Counted from the first letter of the stretch, positions 39,102 through 53,567 are shown. The stretch: 64,000 bases of DNA from Octopus sinensis (GCF_006345805.1 NC_043014.1:40176001-40240000); one strand, 5' to 3'. Program-made: numbers and translations. Notes: generated from the sequence alone by a model not told the origin.

Positions 39102-39847
39102 GTACATACATACATACATAGCCCTTTCTGTCTGTTTTCACTGTCTTGTTTTTGTTACAAACTTTGCTTTGCGGGAGCAACTGTTATGTCGGAAGCGTAT
39201 CTTGTTGTGAAATATCCGAAATACGAAGTAGAAAAACTGACCAACAACTGATGAAGGGTCGTTTTTTCGTGTTGCTTGTCTTGCTTTCCGTTTGTTTCTT
39301 TCATTGTCATGAACAACAGTTCATATTCCATGTTGTCGTATTTCACGTAGTTTTCGTATTTCATGTTTATTCTACGTTGTTTACATTCCGTGCTGTCCTG
39401 TGCCCATATATGCATGTATAGACAAACATATGTATGTACATATATATGTGTATGTATGCATATATATTTATATATTATTTATATTATTACATGATTAAAC
39501 GCCACGCATCCATTTCCAAGTAAGTTTTATCTTATATATATATTAACTGCGAAGGCACCCACAACAAAATCCCAGGCTACCTTTGTTTAAAGATGCGTCA
39601 CTTCCGAAAAAATGTTTAATTCTCGGAAAAATCTCCCGTTCTCATACTCATAGTTACTTTCTTAACTCATTTCGATTATATTACATACATACATAAAAAA
39701 AGGAAATAATAGAAGGCCATAGAAGTGAAAACATCAAAGTCAGTATTATCTTATTTACATATTATCCATATGATATATAGATATATAAGATATATGTTGT
39801 GTGTTAGTGCGTGTGTGTGTGCGCGCCTGTGTATGTGTGCGTGTCCG

Positions 39848-39904
<57 letters not shown>

Positions 39905-40377
39905 ATGTATGTATGTATGTATGTATGTATGTATGTATGTATGTGGAGGCACAGTGGCCCAGTGGTTAGGGCAGCGGACTCGCGGTCAGGGGATCGCGGT
40001 TTCGATTCTCAAACAGGGCGTTGTGTGTTTATTGAGCGAAAACACCTAAAAGCTCCACGAGTCTCCGGCAAGGGGTGGTTGCGAACCCTGTTGTACTCTT
40101 TCGCCACAACTTTCTCTCACTCTCTATTCCTGTTTCTTGAGTCCAGCTGGGGGGAGGAGCATACATACGCCACAGAAACCGGGAAACCGGGCCCATAAGA
40201 CTGGTTAGGCTTGAGAAAGGCGAGAAAAAATATATATGTATGTATATATTCTTTTATTCCTTTATTTGCTTCAGTCATTTGACTGCGGCCATGCTGAAGC
40301 ACCGCCTTAAAGGGTTTTAGTCGGCCCAAGACTATAGTAAAAGACACTTGCCCAAGGTGCCATGCAATGGACTGAAT

Positions 40378-40467
<90 letters not shown>

Positions 40468-41863
40468 TAATCCAAACAAGAAAACAAAAACAAAGAACCA
40501 ACAACGCAAGGACGTGGAACAAATAAAGTATTATTGGACGCTCAGGAAGAAAGGGAAAACTGCAAAGACGATCAGCTACTCGACTGAAGATTGAAAGCTC
40601 CGAATGACCCGTCCGTGTTTTTTTTCCTGTCCTTTTTTTGTATCGTCTAACTGTCCTAATGTTTTGTGGCTGCTTGTTGCGTTATTGTTCCATTTTTTTG
40701 TTTTCTTTTATGCTCGGCAGTGCAGTTCAAACTTTTGTGACATTTGGACCTCCATTTAAACGATTAAACACAAGTTTTGTTATTTCTTCACGAAAAAAAT
40801 ACATGGCTTCCGTGACGACAACACACATACACATATACAAAAGAGACACACATATAATGAATCTCATGGCATGTCAATCAATGCAAACACACGACCGCTA
40901 TCTGTGACATATACACGCACATAGTCTTCGCGTTCTGTAAGGAAAAAAAAAACGTCGATTTTTTTTGACGTACACAATATTTTAATCATTTAGGACTATT
41001 TTTAACTGAATGTGATTTCATCATTTGGAATTCGTTCATTTCTGTAAAAAGGTTTTATTTATTTATTTTTGTTTTAAAGATGAAAGAGAGGAGAAAGTGA
41101 AAGATGTATGTACGTGTATATGAAATGGACGTGTGTGTGTGTGAAAGAGAGACAGACAGAAAGAAAGAGATAGAGAGAGAGAGAGAGGAGAGTGAAAGAG
41201 AAAGAGAGAGAGAGAGAGAGGAAGAGAAAGATAAAAAGAAAGAGAAAGTGAATGGATGTATTGCCATCTATACGTACATTCATCAATACATATGTGTACA
41301 GCTTTTTTGCATGTACGTGCGCATGTGTGTGTATGTGTGTGAGAGAGAGAGAGAGTGTGTGTGTGAGTGAGTGAACGTGTGTGTTCTCATGTATGTGTAA
41401 GTGGTACACACACGCACACTTTCTCTTTCTCTCTTTCACACACATGTCCATTTCACATACATGTTTCTTACATCTTTCACTTTTTTCCCTCTTTCACTTT
41501 AAAACCAAAGTAACAGGTGACTTTCAGGATAAAAAATATTTTTAAAAAAACGGCTTCTACTCATGTAAATTGATTACTATTGTTTGGATAGTTCCAATTA
41601 GATAAGTCCAGAAGTTAGGTTAAATATACATACATGCATAAGTACCGCAAATTCTCATTCTACAAAATGGCAAACAATTCCGTGAATACTTTACCGGGCA
41701 ACGCTGGGCAGTAAGTATAGAATGCTTATAAATCTCTGTTGATTCATCAGAAGCGATATATATATCGAAATATCGCTAAACGATATATATATCGAAATAT
41801 CGCTAAACGATATATATATATATATATCGAAATACTGCTAAACGATATATATCTCGAAATACC

Positions 41864-42262
41864 CATTTCTTTACTACCCACAAGGGGCTAAACACAGAGG
41901 GGGCAAACAAAGACAGACAAACGGATTAAGTCTATTACATCGACCCCAGTGCGTAACTGGTACTTTAATTTATCGACCCCGAAAGGATGAAAGGCAAAGT
42001 CGACCTCGACGGAATTTGAACTCAGAACGTAACGGCAGATGAAATACCTATGTCTTTACTACCCACAGAAAGGACAAACAAGGACCGACAAACGGATTAA
42101 GTCGATTATATCAACCCTAGTGCGTAACTAGTACTTATTTAACCGACCCCGAAAGGATGAAAGGCAAAGTCGACCTCAGCGGAATTTGAACTCAGAACGT
42201 AACGGCAGACGAAATACGGCTACGCATTTCGCCCGGCGTGCTAACGATTCTACCAGCTCACC
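41864..42262 (-). mobile_element. SINE family A, two bodies
   Basis: Junction GATGAAATACCTATGTC near 42045; head ends ~42262. Confidence 0.8.
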
Positions 42263-42477
42263 ATCTTCTCCACACTAAGCTGTTAATGTCATATGTATCT
42301 TACATTTATTTCGTAAGATGTCATAAATTTTTGTCGTACGACTATTACCTGCTCACTGGCATAGTTCCACACCCACTGATTGAAAAATCTGTTAAAAGCC
42401 AATTCTTTTTCCTTTTCATTTTACAAAAAAAAAAATAATTACTCTTTATTTTCCTGCTTCCGTTCAGTTTATTGTAT

Positions 42478-42518
<41 letters not shown>

Positions 42519-42915
42519 AGGGCGTGCCTATGTGTGTATGTATTTTATACTGCTTTACTTAAGTTTCGTGCTTGTGGGCGCAGAACCCTGGTACATCGCA
42601 AGGTGGACAGTGCCATGTTTCCAAGCAAAAAAAGTCGAATAAAAGTATATTAAATAATATAGAAGATAAAATTTTCGATTTATTAGAATTATCTCCCTTT
42701 CTGGAACATACAAGCCAGTCACTTGATGGCAATTCGTACTGTCTCAGGACCAGAAGGGGAGATTATTTCAAGAATCAAGAATTCATTAAAATTGATATGC
42801 TAGTAAGGAAAAGACAACTATGCACACGTTTCTGCCTCGATAGACGTCACCAATACAACAATACAAGCACATGCTGACACACGCATATAATACACTCGCT
42901 TGTGTATGTGCCTGC

Positions 42916-43421
<506 letters not shown>

Positions 43422-44001
43422 CGTATATGCATATCCTGTCTTTCTTCTTTTCCTGCTTGATTCTGGTGTATGTTGTTGGTGGCGGTGGGCATGGCTGGTT
43501 AAAAGAATTTTCTTGAAAGCGAAGATATAGGTTGAGGTACTTTGATAGTTAGTAAAAGCAAGAGAACAAGAGCGAGATAAAAGGAGGATGATAGAGAGAA
43601 AGAGAGGGGGGAAAGCAAGGAACGGGAGGAGGAAGAGAGAGAAAGATAGAGAGAGAGGGGGAGAGCAGAAAAAAGAAGGAAGAGAAAAAAGATTAAAAGA
43701 TTGAGTGAAGTAATAATGCATAGGACAAGCGAAACAGAAGGTGTATGGGTCTGTTCTGAAGTAACAAAAATAATTGGTTAGCCAGTAATGTCTTGATGTA
43801 TGAGGCATGCAAACACACGTGAATAAATAGTTTAACTGGCAAAGAACCACAAGAAAAAACCTGTCCAAGCTGGACGTGAGAACTAAATAAACATATTATT
43901 AACCGGTTTGGGAAGTAATAACGGTCGTCTGGCTGGCTGGCTGGAGGCAATAAGCTGCTGCTAGCGAAACTGGGAGAGGAGGTCGCTTATGCGACACCAA
44001 A

Positions 44002-44003
44002 TG

Positions 44004-44074
<71 letters not shown>

Positions 44075-44198
44075 TAATAATAATGATTATAATAATGATA
44101 ATAATAATGATGATAATAATGATAATAATAATAATAAAATAATAATAATAATAATAATAAATAATAATAATAATAATAATAATGATAAAATAATAATA

Positions 44199-44233
<35 letters not shown>

Positions 44234-44362
44234 TAATAATAATAATAAAAATAAATAATAATAATAATAATAATAATAATGATAATAATAATGATGATAA
44301 TGATAATAATAATGATAATAATAATAATGATAATAATAATGATAATAATAATAATATAATAA

Positions 44363-44393
<31 letters not shown>

Positions 44394-44730
44394 AATATAA
44401 TAATAATAATAATAATAATGATATAATAATAATAATATAATAATAATGATGATAATAATAATAATAAATAATAATAAATGATAATAATAATAATAATATA
44501 TAATAATAATAATAATGATAATAATAATGATAATAATAATGATAATAATAATAATAATGATAATAATAATAATAATAATATAATAATAATAATAATAATA
44601 ATAAATAATAATAATAATAATAATAATGATAATAATAATAATAATAATAATGATAATAATAATAATAAATAATAATAGTAATAATAATAATAACAACAAT
44701 GATGAATATGATGATGATGATGATAATAAT
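44002..44730. repeat. Compound (AAT)n/(GAT) microsatellite, ~730 bp
   Basis: Visible directly. Confidence 0.95.
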
Positions 44731-45149
44731 ATAAAAACGTAACAAATTTCTAGATCTGATTCTTAGAAAATATTGGAAAAACCTGTTTTGCTAAATATCA
44801 AAGGTCAACCAATATTCTTAGGGGGACCAGATCAAGAAATTTGTTCTGTTTATATTTATACTTCATTTTGTAAAGGAAAAAAATTTCGCCATTTCATGAC
44901 TATTTTATAATGAGTTCATTGGCACAGATAATAATAATAATAAATAATAATAATAATAGTACATAGGTTTAGAGAAGTAGATTAATTTGTTATCTCCTTT
45001 TAACGCCGATATGAGTGGGAAATGTTTTGAAGAGTAGTAACTAGAACGTTTGAGGGTTGGGTACGTGGAGTATGGTGTGTGGGGAGACGATATTCTTTGA
45101 ATTTACTTTGATCAAATTTGTCATTTTTTTCCTTGGTGTTTTGTATAGA

Positions 45150-45310
45150 AGAACCATCAACGACCTACTTACCGTCACAGCCAACAACTCCCACTTCTAC
45201 ACAGATGATATCATCCTTTATTCATTCTTAACCTTCTCCACCCAAGTGTCATATTTCTTCAACCTCGTCACCTCAGGCCGCATTTACACACACCAACCAA
45301 CCACATGAAA
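45150..45310 (+). pseudogene. Small LINE reverse-transcriptase fragment
   Basis: INDLL......HFYTDD resembles the INDL..YADD block. Confidence 0.45.
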
Positions 45311-45676
45311 AGACACCTCGTAAACATTCGTCATATGACGAAGTGTTATCGGCCGGCAGATATCAGCATGGATCAGCGAACGGTTTGTTCGTTGAAATTA
45401 TAAACAAGACTCTTGTTAGATTCATTGGTCTGGAAGCACTTCTGGCTGACGTTACACAACGAGGTCGAAACACCGGCTGTCCCAGAATCCCCCTTTACTA
45501 ATGAGGTGAATATATTCGCCACAGAGGCAGTAATGATATTGAGATGCAATATTGATCCCCACTTAAATGTGGATGTTCTATTAGAACAAACTATACTACG
45601 GTAGTTAACATGACAGGAACTCTCATTTTTATATCACTAGAAGGGAGACAAATCTCAGCCTCTTCCAGCGCCGAGA

Positions 45677-45723
45677 CCACCAGATCACGTGATTTCGACC
45701 TTGTTTGGTCTTGTCAATGGTGG
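45677..45723 (-). ncRNA. Type-I hammerhead ribozyme motif with U3-A8 core variant
   Basis: Minus strand reads CCACCA / UUGACAA / GACC-AAACAA-GGUC / GAA-AUCACGUGAU-C / UGGUGG: perfect stems I and II, palindromic stem III, AUC cleavage triplet. Confidence 0.7.
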
Positions 45724-45784
45724 GCACTCGACCGCTTGATGCTGGCGGGGAAATAAATCGATATTTCCTCTAGCGGTTGAGTGT

Positions 45785-45831
45785 CCATCATTGACAAGAT
45801 CAAACAAGGTCGAAATCACGTGCTCTGGTGG
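45785..45831 (+). ncRNA. Inverted partner hammerhead (U3-A8), slightly degenerate
   Basis: CCAUCA / UUGACAA / GAUC-AAACAA-GGUC / GAAAUCACGUGCUC / UGGUGG; G-U wobbles in stems I and II, one stem III mismatch. Confidence 0.6.
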
Positions 45832-45999
45832 TTTCTGTGCAGGGTGTCCAATAATCACCCTCCTCACCAAGCAAGCTTGATAGAGTTGCCAGTTTAGTCA
45901 CCGACGACCCGACCATGCGACAGGTTGCGCTGGATTACATGTTACCAGTAACGCTCAAGAGCGACCTGACCATAAGAGAAAGGCTTAAGCCTGAATATA

Positions 46000-46049
46000 A
46001 TTGAAAAGATTGACCATTCAGACTGGACAGCACCGGCGGTCAACGTAAA

Positions 46050-46093
<44 letters not shown>

Positions 46094-46650
46094 TAATAAT
46101 AATAATAATAAGCTAAGAGTGTGCACAGACTTCTCAATTGCATTAAACGACTCTTTACTCACACACAGTTACTCACTACCGAGCCCAGAAAAAGTATTTA
46201 CTAAACCAAACGGAGAGAAAATTTTCTCAAAGTTAAACCTCTCAGTGGTGTACCTTTAAATTCAGTTAGAGGAAGATTGCACACATCTACTAACAATCAA
46301 CACGCACTGTGGACTGTACAAGTTCAAAAATGCCGTTTGGAGTTAAGTGGCACCCGTCATATTCCAACAAATAATGGTTGCGATGTTAAGTGATTGCGGC
46401 TTCGCCATTGCATACGTCGATGACATTTTGATAAAGGGCAAGTTTCGGGTGCACGCATCAAGGACATTATTGCCGGTGGAAAAGAGCTATAGCCAGATTG
46501 AAAAAAAGGCGTTGGCTATTATATTTGGCATGAAAAAGTTCCACAGGTTCATTCACGGCAGGCGTTTTTGGTTGCAAACGGACCGCAGACCTCTAATAAA
46601 CAGATCCAAGAAAGGAATCCCGACACATACAACAAACAGACTCCAGCAGT
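46000..46650 (+). pseudogene. Ty3/Gypsy pol remnant (RT plus RNase H), deleted and frameshifted
   Basis: SDWTAP..LRVCTDFS..LPSPE..FSKLNL..TINTH.GLY..PFG..AP.IFQ..YVDDILI joined directly to HASRTL..EKSYSQIEKKALAIIFG.KKFH..TDRRPL; (AAT)n inserted at ~46048-46110. Confidence 0.9.
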
Positions 46651-47203
46651 TTGTGTTGCCCTCCAACCATAAACTGGTACTGGTTTGTTTATGTCTCCAT
46701 AACCCAGTGGTTCGGCAATACAAACCGATAAGTACCGAAGTCGGTTTGTTCGACTAAACCCTTCAAGGTGGTGCCCCATCATGGCCGCAGTGAAATAACC
46801 GAAACAAAAGAAAGTAAAAAAAAATAAACTTCTAGAACCTACGATGGACTCCGCCTTCATAGGAGTCTGTTGTCGCAATTTTTCTGCAGCTGTTTTTCTC
46901 TGAATGATTATGGGAACAATTTGCTACAGTAGTTCTCATAATAATTTAATGAAGTTAATTATTTACTTGAATGAATGACTATGAGAAACTACTATAGTTA
47001 CATAGTAACGTTTCAACGCTAAGGATAGCTGCTAGCTGTATGGGACGTTTGACCTGTAATGTACCATTGTGAGCTTCCCAACATTGTTATTGGTTCTTTC
47101 GACAAAACCTTCTCTAGCAAGCAATTGTAGGATATCGTTCGAAACAAAAGTACAAGCTCAATGGAACTGGGAATATACTGCTCAAACATCTATTAGACAT
47201 ATC

Positions 47204-47618
47204 TATTTCTTTACTACCCACAAGGGGCTAAACACAGAGGGGACAAACAAGGACAGACAAACGGATTAAGTCGATTATATCGACTCCAGTGAGTAACTGG
47301 TACTTACTTAATCGACCCGAAAGGATGAAAGGCTAAGTCGACCTCGGCGGAATTTGAACTCAGAACGTAACGACAGACGAAATACCTATTTCCTTACAAC
47401 ACACAAGGGGATAAACACAGAAGGGACAAACAAGGACAGACAAACGGATTAAGTCGATTACATCAACCCCAGTGCGTAACTGGTACTTATTTAATCGACC
47501 CCGAAAGGATGAAAGGCAAAGTCGACCTCGGCGGAATTTGAACTCAGAACGTAACGGCAGACGAAATACCGCAAAGCATTTCGCCCGGCGTGCTAACGTT
47601 TCTGTCAGCTCACCGCCT
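47204..47618 (-). mobile_element. SINE family A, two bodies, with target duplication
   Basis: Flanked by ATCTATTA(G/C)ACATATCTATT (47188-47207 and 47621-47640). Confidence 0.85.
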
Positions 47619-48219
47619 TGATCTATTACACATATCTATTAGACATTATCTATTATATAAAATCCTTTCTGTCTGTCTGTGTGTGAGTGTCTTCTAGGAT
47701 CACGGGCATCCTCCATCCGATTGCGCTCAAATTTGATATGTAGATACCGACGGTATCAGGTCTTGAAAAAATTACAAAAATCGATTCCAGGTGAAAATGC
47801 GATCGATAAAGCAGTGGGAACGTGCATTTGTACGCGCAAGTACATCAGCGTACGCGAGAAAAATGCACATGCAGTTTGCGCAAAAAAAGCCGGCCTGTTT
47901 GGTGTCTCAAATTTAGGTTAGATCAGTGTTTCTCAAAGGGGAGGCCTATGGGACGGCCGGACAAGTTGTTTTGAGAAAATTTGGTTTAAATGTTTGACAA
48001 CCTAGCACTGTCCATTGGACGTGGGGCGTTTTGCTCGTTCTCTGTGTACGTATAGAGGTTACTCAAATTCAATATATACTGTTGTATTTCAAGACAGATT
48101 ACTTCAAAATGTTTGGAACAGATTTCATTCAGAAGCAAATGATAAGAGTTCTGATCAGAAAGAAATACCACAAATTCGTTAGCATTCTGTTTTTCAGAGG
48201 TTCCGGACGACAAGATACC

Positions 48220-48427
48220 TATTTCTTTAGTACCCACAAGGGGCTAAACACAGAGGGAACAAACAAGGACAGACAAACCAGTGTGTAACTGGTACTTATT
48301 TAATCGACCCCGAAAGGATGAAAGGCAAAGTCGACCTCGGCGGAATTTGAACTCAGAACGTAACGGCAGACGAAATATGGCTACGCATTTCGCCCGGCGT
48401 GCTAACGTTTCTGCCAGCTCTCTGCCT
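48220..48427 (-). mobile_element. SINE family A, single copy with target duplication
   Basis: Flanked by TTCCGGA(C/T)GACAAGATACC. Other single copies at ~467-672, 804-978, 15762-15970, 21591-21815, 27850-27983, 34702-34934 and 54060-55075. Confidence 0.8.
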
Positions 48428-49534
48428 TTCCGGATGACAAGATACCGTAACTTGACCAGTAAGCTATTGAAACGTTGTAGGTGTTTGTTATTTGAAATAT
48501 CTGTGGGAGATATACAACGGATTCGTGATTGAGGGTCGAAACCTCTGTCTTCACGTTCGTTTCCGTTATCAGCAGAATGTTCACCTAAAATTTATTTGCT
48601 TAAATTGTCAAATTCGCCATCATTATAGGTTAGACAGAGATTTATGCAAAGCTAACTACACTAAAACCTAGGGATTTTTTTGGTTTGAACGGCAGTTTTT
48701 TGTTCTACCAGTATACGAAGTTTAAAAGTGTTTAGCTACCTAGAAATTATGTTAAAAACTGCCATTCAAACCGAAAAGATCCCAACCTAATTGCACACAT
48801 ACATAAATAAGCAAATATAAAAAATGTACACAGAAACAAAAATCATTTAAATATGTGTATATATGTATATGTTTCAATAAGCAAATGTGTGTGTGTGTGT
48901 GTGTGTTCAGGGAGAAATACCAGTTTTTCTGATCTAAATAAACCTATTCAATTCCAATCTCTGTGCCCCAGTTCGGCTGTAACACAGGTATATATTCGCG
49001 ATACTTGTAAAAAAAACAGACAGTTTCTTCTGAGGTTTTCAGATAGCTTACTTCTGTTAATCTTAGCAACTTTGCCGAGATTTCGTTTTCACGCCCCCAC
49101 CTCGCCCATATTAGCAAACCATTTCACGCGAGCCTTGCACCATATACCTTCCTCTTTTCACAGACCTAGTGGCAGACTACTCTAGGCTGAACAAGAGATT
49201 TTCGATACAAACTCACCCACGATACAAACTTTCGTATTTTCTTTCAAGTTATGTAAGCAATTATGTAACTTCGTAACAGCTGAATAAAATCTTCAATTAG
49301 TATAGACTGTCTTTTGTCAATTCTTTTCAATACATCTTGACATCATTAACTTGTCACGCTTTATTTGTTATAGCTTACCTGTTACACATCTACATTTGCA
49401 GTTTCCTCCCTTATAATTTCTGAATGTGAAAAATGGCTCTGGTAAAAATTAGTAGGAACTGCGAAGATTTTTCGCGAGATTTCGGTCCAAGATAAAAAAA
49501 AATTCTTACTGCTTAGGTTCTCTAAAAACCACGA

Positions 49535-49915
49535 TACTCTTTACTCTTTTACTTGTTTTAGTCATTTGACTGCGGCTATGCTGGAGCACTGCCTTTAGCC
49601 GAGCAAATCGACCCCGGGACTTATTCTCTGTAAGCCCAGTACTTATTCTATCGGTCTCTTTTGCCGAACCGTTAAGTGACGGGGACATAAACACACCAGC
49701 ATCGGTTGTCAAGCAATGTTAGAGGGACCAACACAGACACACACACCATATATACGATGGGCTCTGAGTTTCCGTCTACCAAATCCACTCACAACGCTAT
49801 GGTCGGCCCGAGGCTATAGTAGAAGACACTTGTCCAAGATGCCACGTAGTGGGACTGAACCCGGAAACATGTAGTTGGTAAGCAAGCTACTTACCACACA
49901 GCCACTCCTGCGCCT
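49535..49915 (-). mobile_element. SINE family B, full-length copy
   Basis: Matches 8503-8910. Confidence 0.85.
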
Positions 49916-50026
49916 ATGATCCATAAATATTCGGAAAATGTTTTGTTTATTTTTTGCTTCACTCATAATTTTCTCTGTCATCGTGGCGTGTATCCTCAGT
50001 GTTTAATGTAGCTGTTAACTCGATAT

Positions 50027-50495
50027 TGTTTGTTCCTTCTCGAGCCTTGCCTGGCTCATAAGGGCCGGTTTCCCGGTTTTCTTGGCGTATAGGTTCCCCA
50101 CCTGGACGGGACACCGGTCCGTCGCAGGTGAGCTGCTAGATGCAGGAGGAAAGAGTGAGAGAAATTAGTGGCGAAAGAGTCAGCAGAAGTTCGCCGTTAC
50201 CTTCTGCCAGAGCTGCGTGAAGCTTAGGTGTTTTCACTCATAAACACACACATCACCCGGTCTGAGATTCGAACCCGCGATCCCTCGACCGCGAGTCCGC
50301 TGCTCTAACCACTAGACCATACGATAGAAAGTTGTGGCGAAAGAGTCAGCAGAAATTCGCCATTACCTTCTGCCGGAGCTGCGTGAAGCTTAGGTGTTTT
50401 GCTCATAAACACACACATCACTCGGTCTGAGATTCGAACCCACGATCCCTCGACCGCGAGTCCGCTACTCTAACCACTAGGCCATGAGCCTCCAC
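50027..50495 (-). mobile_element. SINE family C with tandem duplication of its 5' half
   Basis: 50160-50320 is repeated at 50326-50495. Confidence 0.8.
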
Positions 50496-51051
50496 TAACT
50501 CGATATTAATGCTGTCTCAGTAATTTCCTATAATCTTGGGTGACCCACATAGCCATTCCATGTAAAACAAAAAATCCTAGTATATATTTATGATTAAATA
50601 TTATAAAGAATTGTAAAGAATTGTATAAAAAATGTTTTAAATATTTCGTGTATTTTAGAAATGTAACCATTTATTCACATAAATTTTAACAGCAAAATCT
50701 TATGCGGACCCTCAAAGGTCATGTGGACCCCGGTTGAGAACGACCGGTCTATCTAAACAGAAGTTCCTAATTTGTTTCTCTTATTGCTTACCCTCTCTTT
50801 TATTTGTTTCGGTCATTTGACTGCTGCCATGCTGGAGCACCACCTTTAGTCGAACAAATCGACACCAGGAATTATTCTTTGTAAGTCTAGTATTTATTAT
50901 ATTGATGTCTTTTGTCGAACCGCTAAGTTACATGGGACATAAACGCACCAATATCAGTTGTCGAGGGACGATGGGGACAAGCACAGACACACAAATATAT
51001 ATATTTAGGGCAAATTTTAGCTACTTTTCCGCAGATGGAAAAGAGTGATAA

Positions 51052-51099
51052 ACAACCTTCATCGATTTTCGAACCTTACTGGGTTCTCATCAGAGGTGT
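51052..51099 (-). ncRNA. Degenerate minimal hammerhead motif
   Basis: Minus strand ACCU / CUGAUGA / GAACC-CAGUAA-GGUUC / GAAA-AUCGAU-GA / AGGU; the U16.1 position is G, so probably inactive. Confidence 0.5.
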
Positions 51100-52602
51100 C
51101 TAGATCATTCTGACAATCTAGACACAATCAGCCAAACTGCTTATATACTCATCCCATGCAGCAGTTACTCTATGAAGAAATCCCTAATTTGCATATCGAA
51201 AGTTGACTTTATAGTATTTATTGACAAGATACAGTGTACATAAACCACAATTGGGCCCCTAGACCCGTGAGCCTCCAACCCTCGACAACTGCCCAGTATA
51301 CCCATGCACCGACTGCTACACCACTCTGGTCGTACATGACACATTTCTATACAGCAACTCCAATTTATATCCTATACTTCTACTTTCTGTTCTATAACAC
51401 GACTTTCTGTCTCTACATACAAATTATTTGTAACTCTACCTGTAGCAGGCCCCAAGCTCGGTTGAGAAAAGAGGAAGGTGGTACACCTAGGTTTAGCAGC
51501 CCTGTCGCTATAAGTTTTCTAAATTTTCTATAGTGTTGTTGAAACGTCAAGAAAAATGAAATAAGGGGAGGTCATTCTCAAAGTCTGCCTGTGCCGGTGG
51601 TCACACTTTTAAATACATACACTCAATAACAGGCACTCACACGAATTGGCCAAGGGAAAAACAGCTCTTCAGATTTCTCTCGCCTCTCCTATGTTTTAAT
51701 GCAACTGTCAACTGGGAATTCTTCAAGAATATCAAGAGCGTCCATTTCACATAATCATATAGTTGCTTTCTTAAGGTGAAGCAACACGCGCACGAATACG
51801 CGCGCGCACGCACTCAAAAGATACTGGCATGGGGGTGTTTGGTTTGGAGGCTAGCGTTACAACTACGTAGTTTCTGGTTCAGCTCCACTGTGCGACACTT
51901 TGGGCTAAGTGTCTTCTTCGTTTTTGTTTAGGCTGTAAGATGAGACTTAAGGGAGATGTAGTTGCTATATCTAGGAGGCACAGCGACAACATAAAGTCTT
52001 TCTCGTTGGTTCCATAGACTCCTACGTTTTATTTTAATATTTAATACTTATTTGGAGATTATTTTGCACTACTTTGAACATGTATTATCGCTTAGCGATT
52101 TGAAACTTTATATCGAAGAAATAATTGTCGTCCTGCTCTTGAAATATTTGGAAATCTCCATTTTTTTAAAAGATCATTTTAAGCAAATTGCTGTTAAAAA
52201 GAAATTAAGTCAAGTTTTTAAGAGACATAACTTTAATAGTGAGATCAACTAAGAAAATTCGTATTTGGAAAAAAAAAATATGTTAGAATTATCTCCCTTG
52301 TTTAATAAAGGGAGGTAACTACAATTTTGTGACGTTTCACAGAAGTGTTGAAAGGATGGTAGTGCTGGAAAGCAGATGCAAGTATTGAACACTCTCCGTC
52401 TTATAAAGTCTGAACTGAAAATAAAGACGCAATGATCAAGCGGATTAAGGATTTTAATGTATGGCTAGGATTTTGTTTGCTTTCTCTGTTCACTGCAGGA
52501 CTTCAACCACAAAATTAATTTATATATTCCACAGTAATGAACTGTTTTTAATTATGGTACTAATTTGTATCTAAGTAAACTGAACTAAAAATTAAATATA
52601 TA

Positions 52603-52979
52603 TCTTTATATATAAAAGTAAGGTTGTGTATCTGTCTACTCCGATTTAGATTCCTAACTACTCCCACATTTTGCGGTGCAGTTTAACCAAAACCGGGTAT
52701 CTTATAGTCGTGATTCATATCGAGCCCTTCTGGGTATTAGCGCGCGTCTACGATTTTAAAAATAATTTACCATAATTTTTTTCCATTTTAATGCATATTT
52801 TATTAAAGGGAAGTAACTCTCTAAAAATGTCTACGATGAGTCAACGATTTAAAAAAAAATTTGCCATAATTTTTTTTCCATTTTTAATGCATTTTTTTGC
52901 TATTTTTTGTCTATAACTCTCTAAAAATGCTTTATAGTTATTTCCCTTACAAATCCGAGCAACGCCGGGCGATACTGCT

Positions 52980-52981
<2 letters not shown>
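52603..52981 (+). mobile_element. Non-autonomous Helitron
   Basis: A|TC 5' end (TCTTTATATATAAA); 3' GC-rich hairpin-like CCGAGCAACGCCGGG followed by CTAG|T. Confidence 0.7.
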
Positions 52982-53014
<33 letters not shown>

Positions 53015-53067
53015 ATATATATATATATATATATAAACATACATGTATATGTATATATATACGTATA

Positions 53068-53451
53068 CTAACAGTATCGCCCGGCGTTGCTCAGGTTTGT
53101 AAGGGAAATAACTATAAAGCATTTTTAGAGAGTTATAGCCAAAAAATAGCAAAAAAATGGGAAAAAATGATGGTAGATTTTTTTTGAGAGTAAAAAAAGG
53201 TGGAGTTGCGTCCCCTAGACAGTTTGCGGTTTGTGTTTCTGATTCTCGACCCCATGTCGAATTTATCGATTTTTTTTAGAACTGGGTGAACTTTTCAAAA
53301 TTTTCGCTGCGTTAGTTTTGAATTATGACATTGGGCTATGTGTGTGTCAAGTTTCATCAGAATCGGTTGAAAGCCGTGGTCAGGGTGGGGGTACAAGCAA
53401 ACAGACACACAGAAACACGCACAGACAAACTGCCGTTTATATAGAGAGAGA
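53068..53451 (-). mobile_element. Non-autonomous Helitron, tail-to-tail with the previous one
   Basis: Same ~100-bp 3' end in reverse; different 5' end TCTCTCTATATAAA. Confidence 0.65.
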
Positions 53452-53526
53452 TAATATACGTGCATGTATGTATGTATATGAATGTATATATATATATATA
53501 TATAAGTATGAATATATATGTATATA

Positions 53527-53567
<41 letters not shown>

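Noticed and set aside
48525-48556. GGGTC-GAAAC-CTCT-GTC-TTCACG, resembling a hammerhead 3' half
   Set aside because: The CUGANGA core and 5' strand of stem II are missing.
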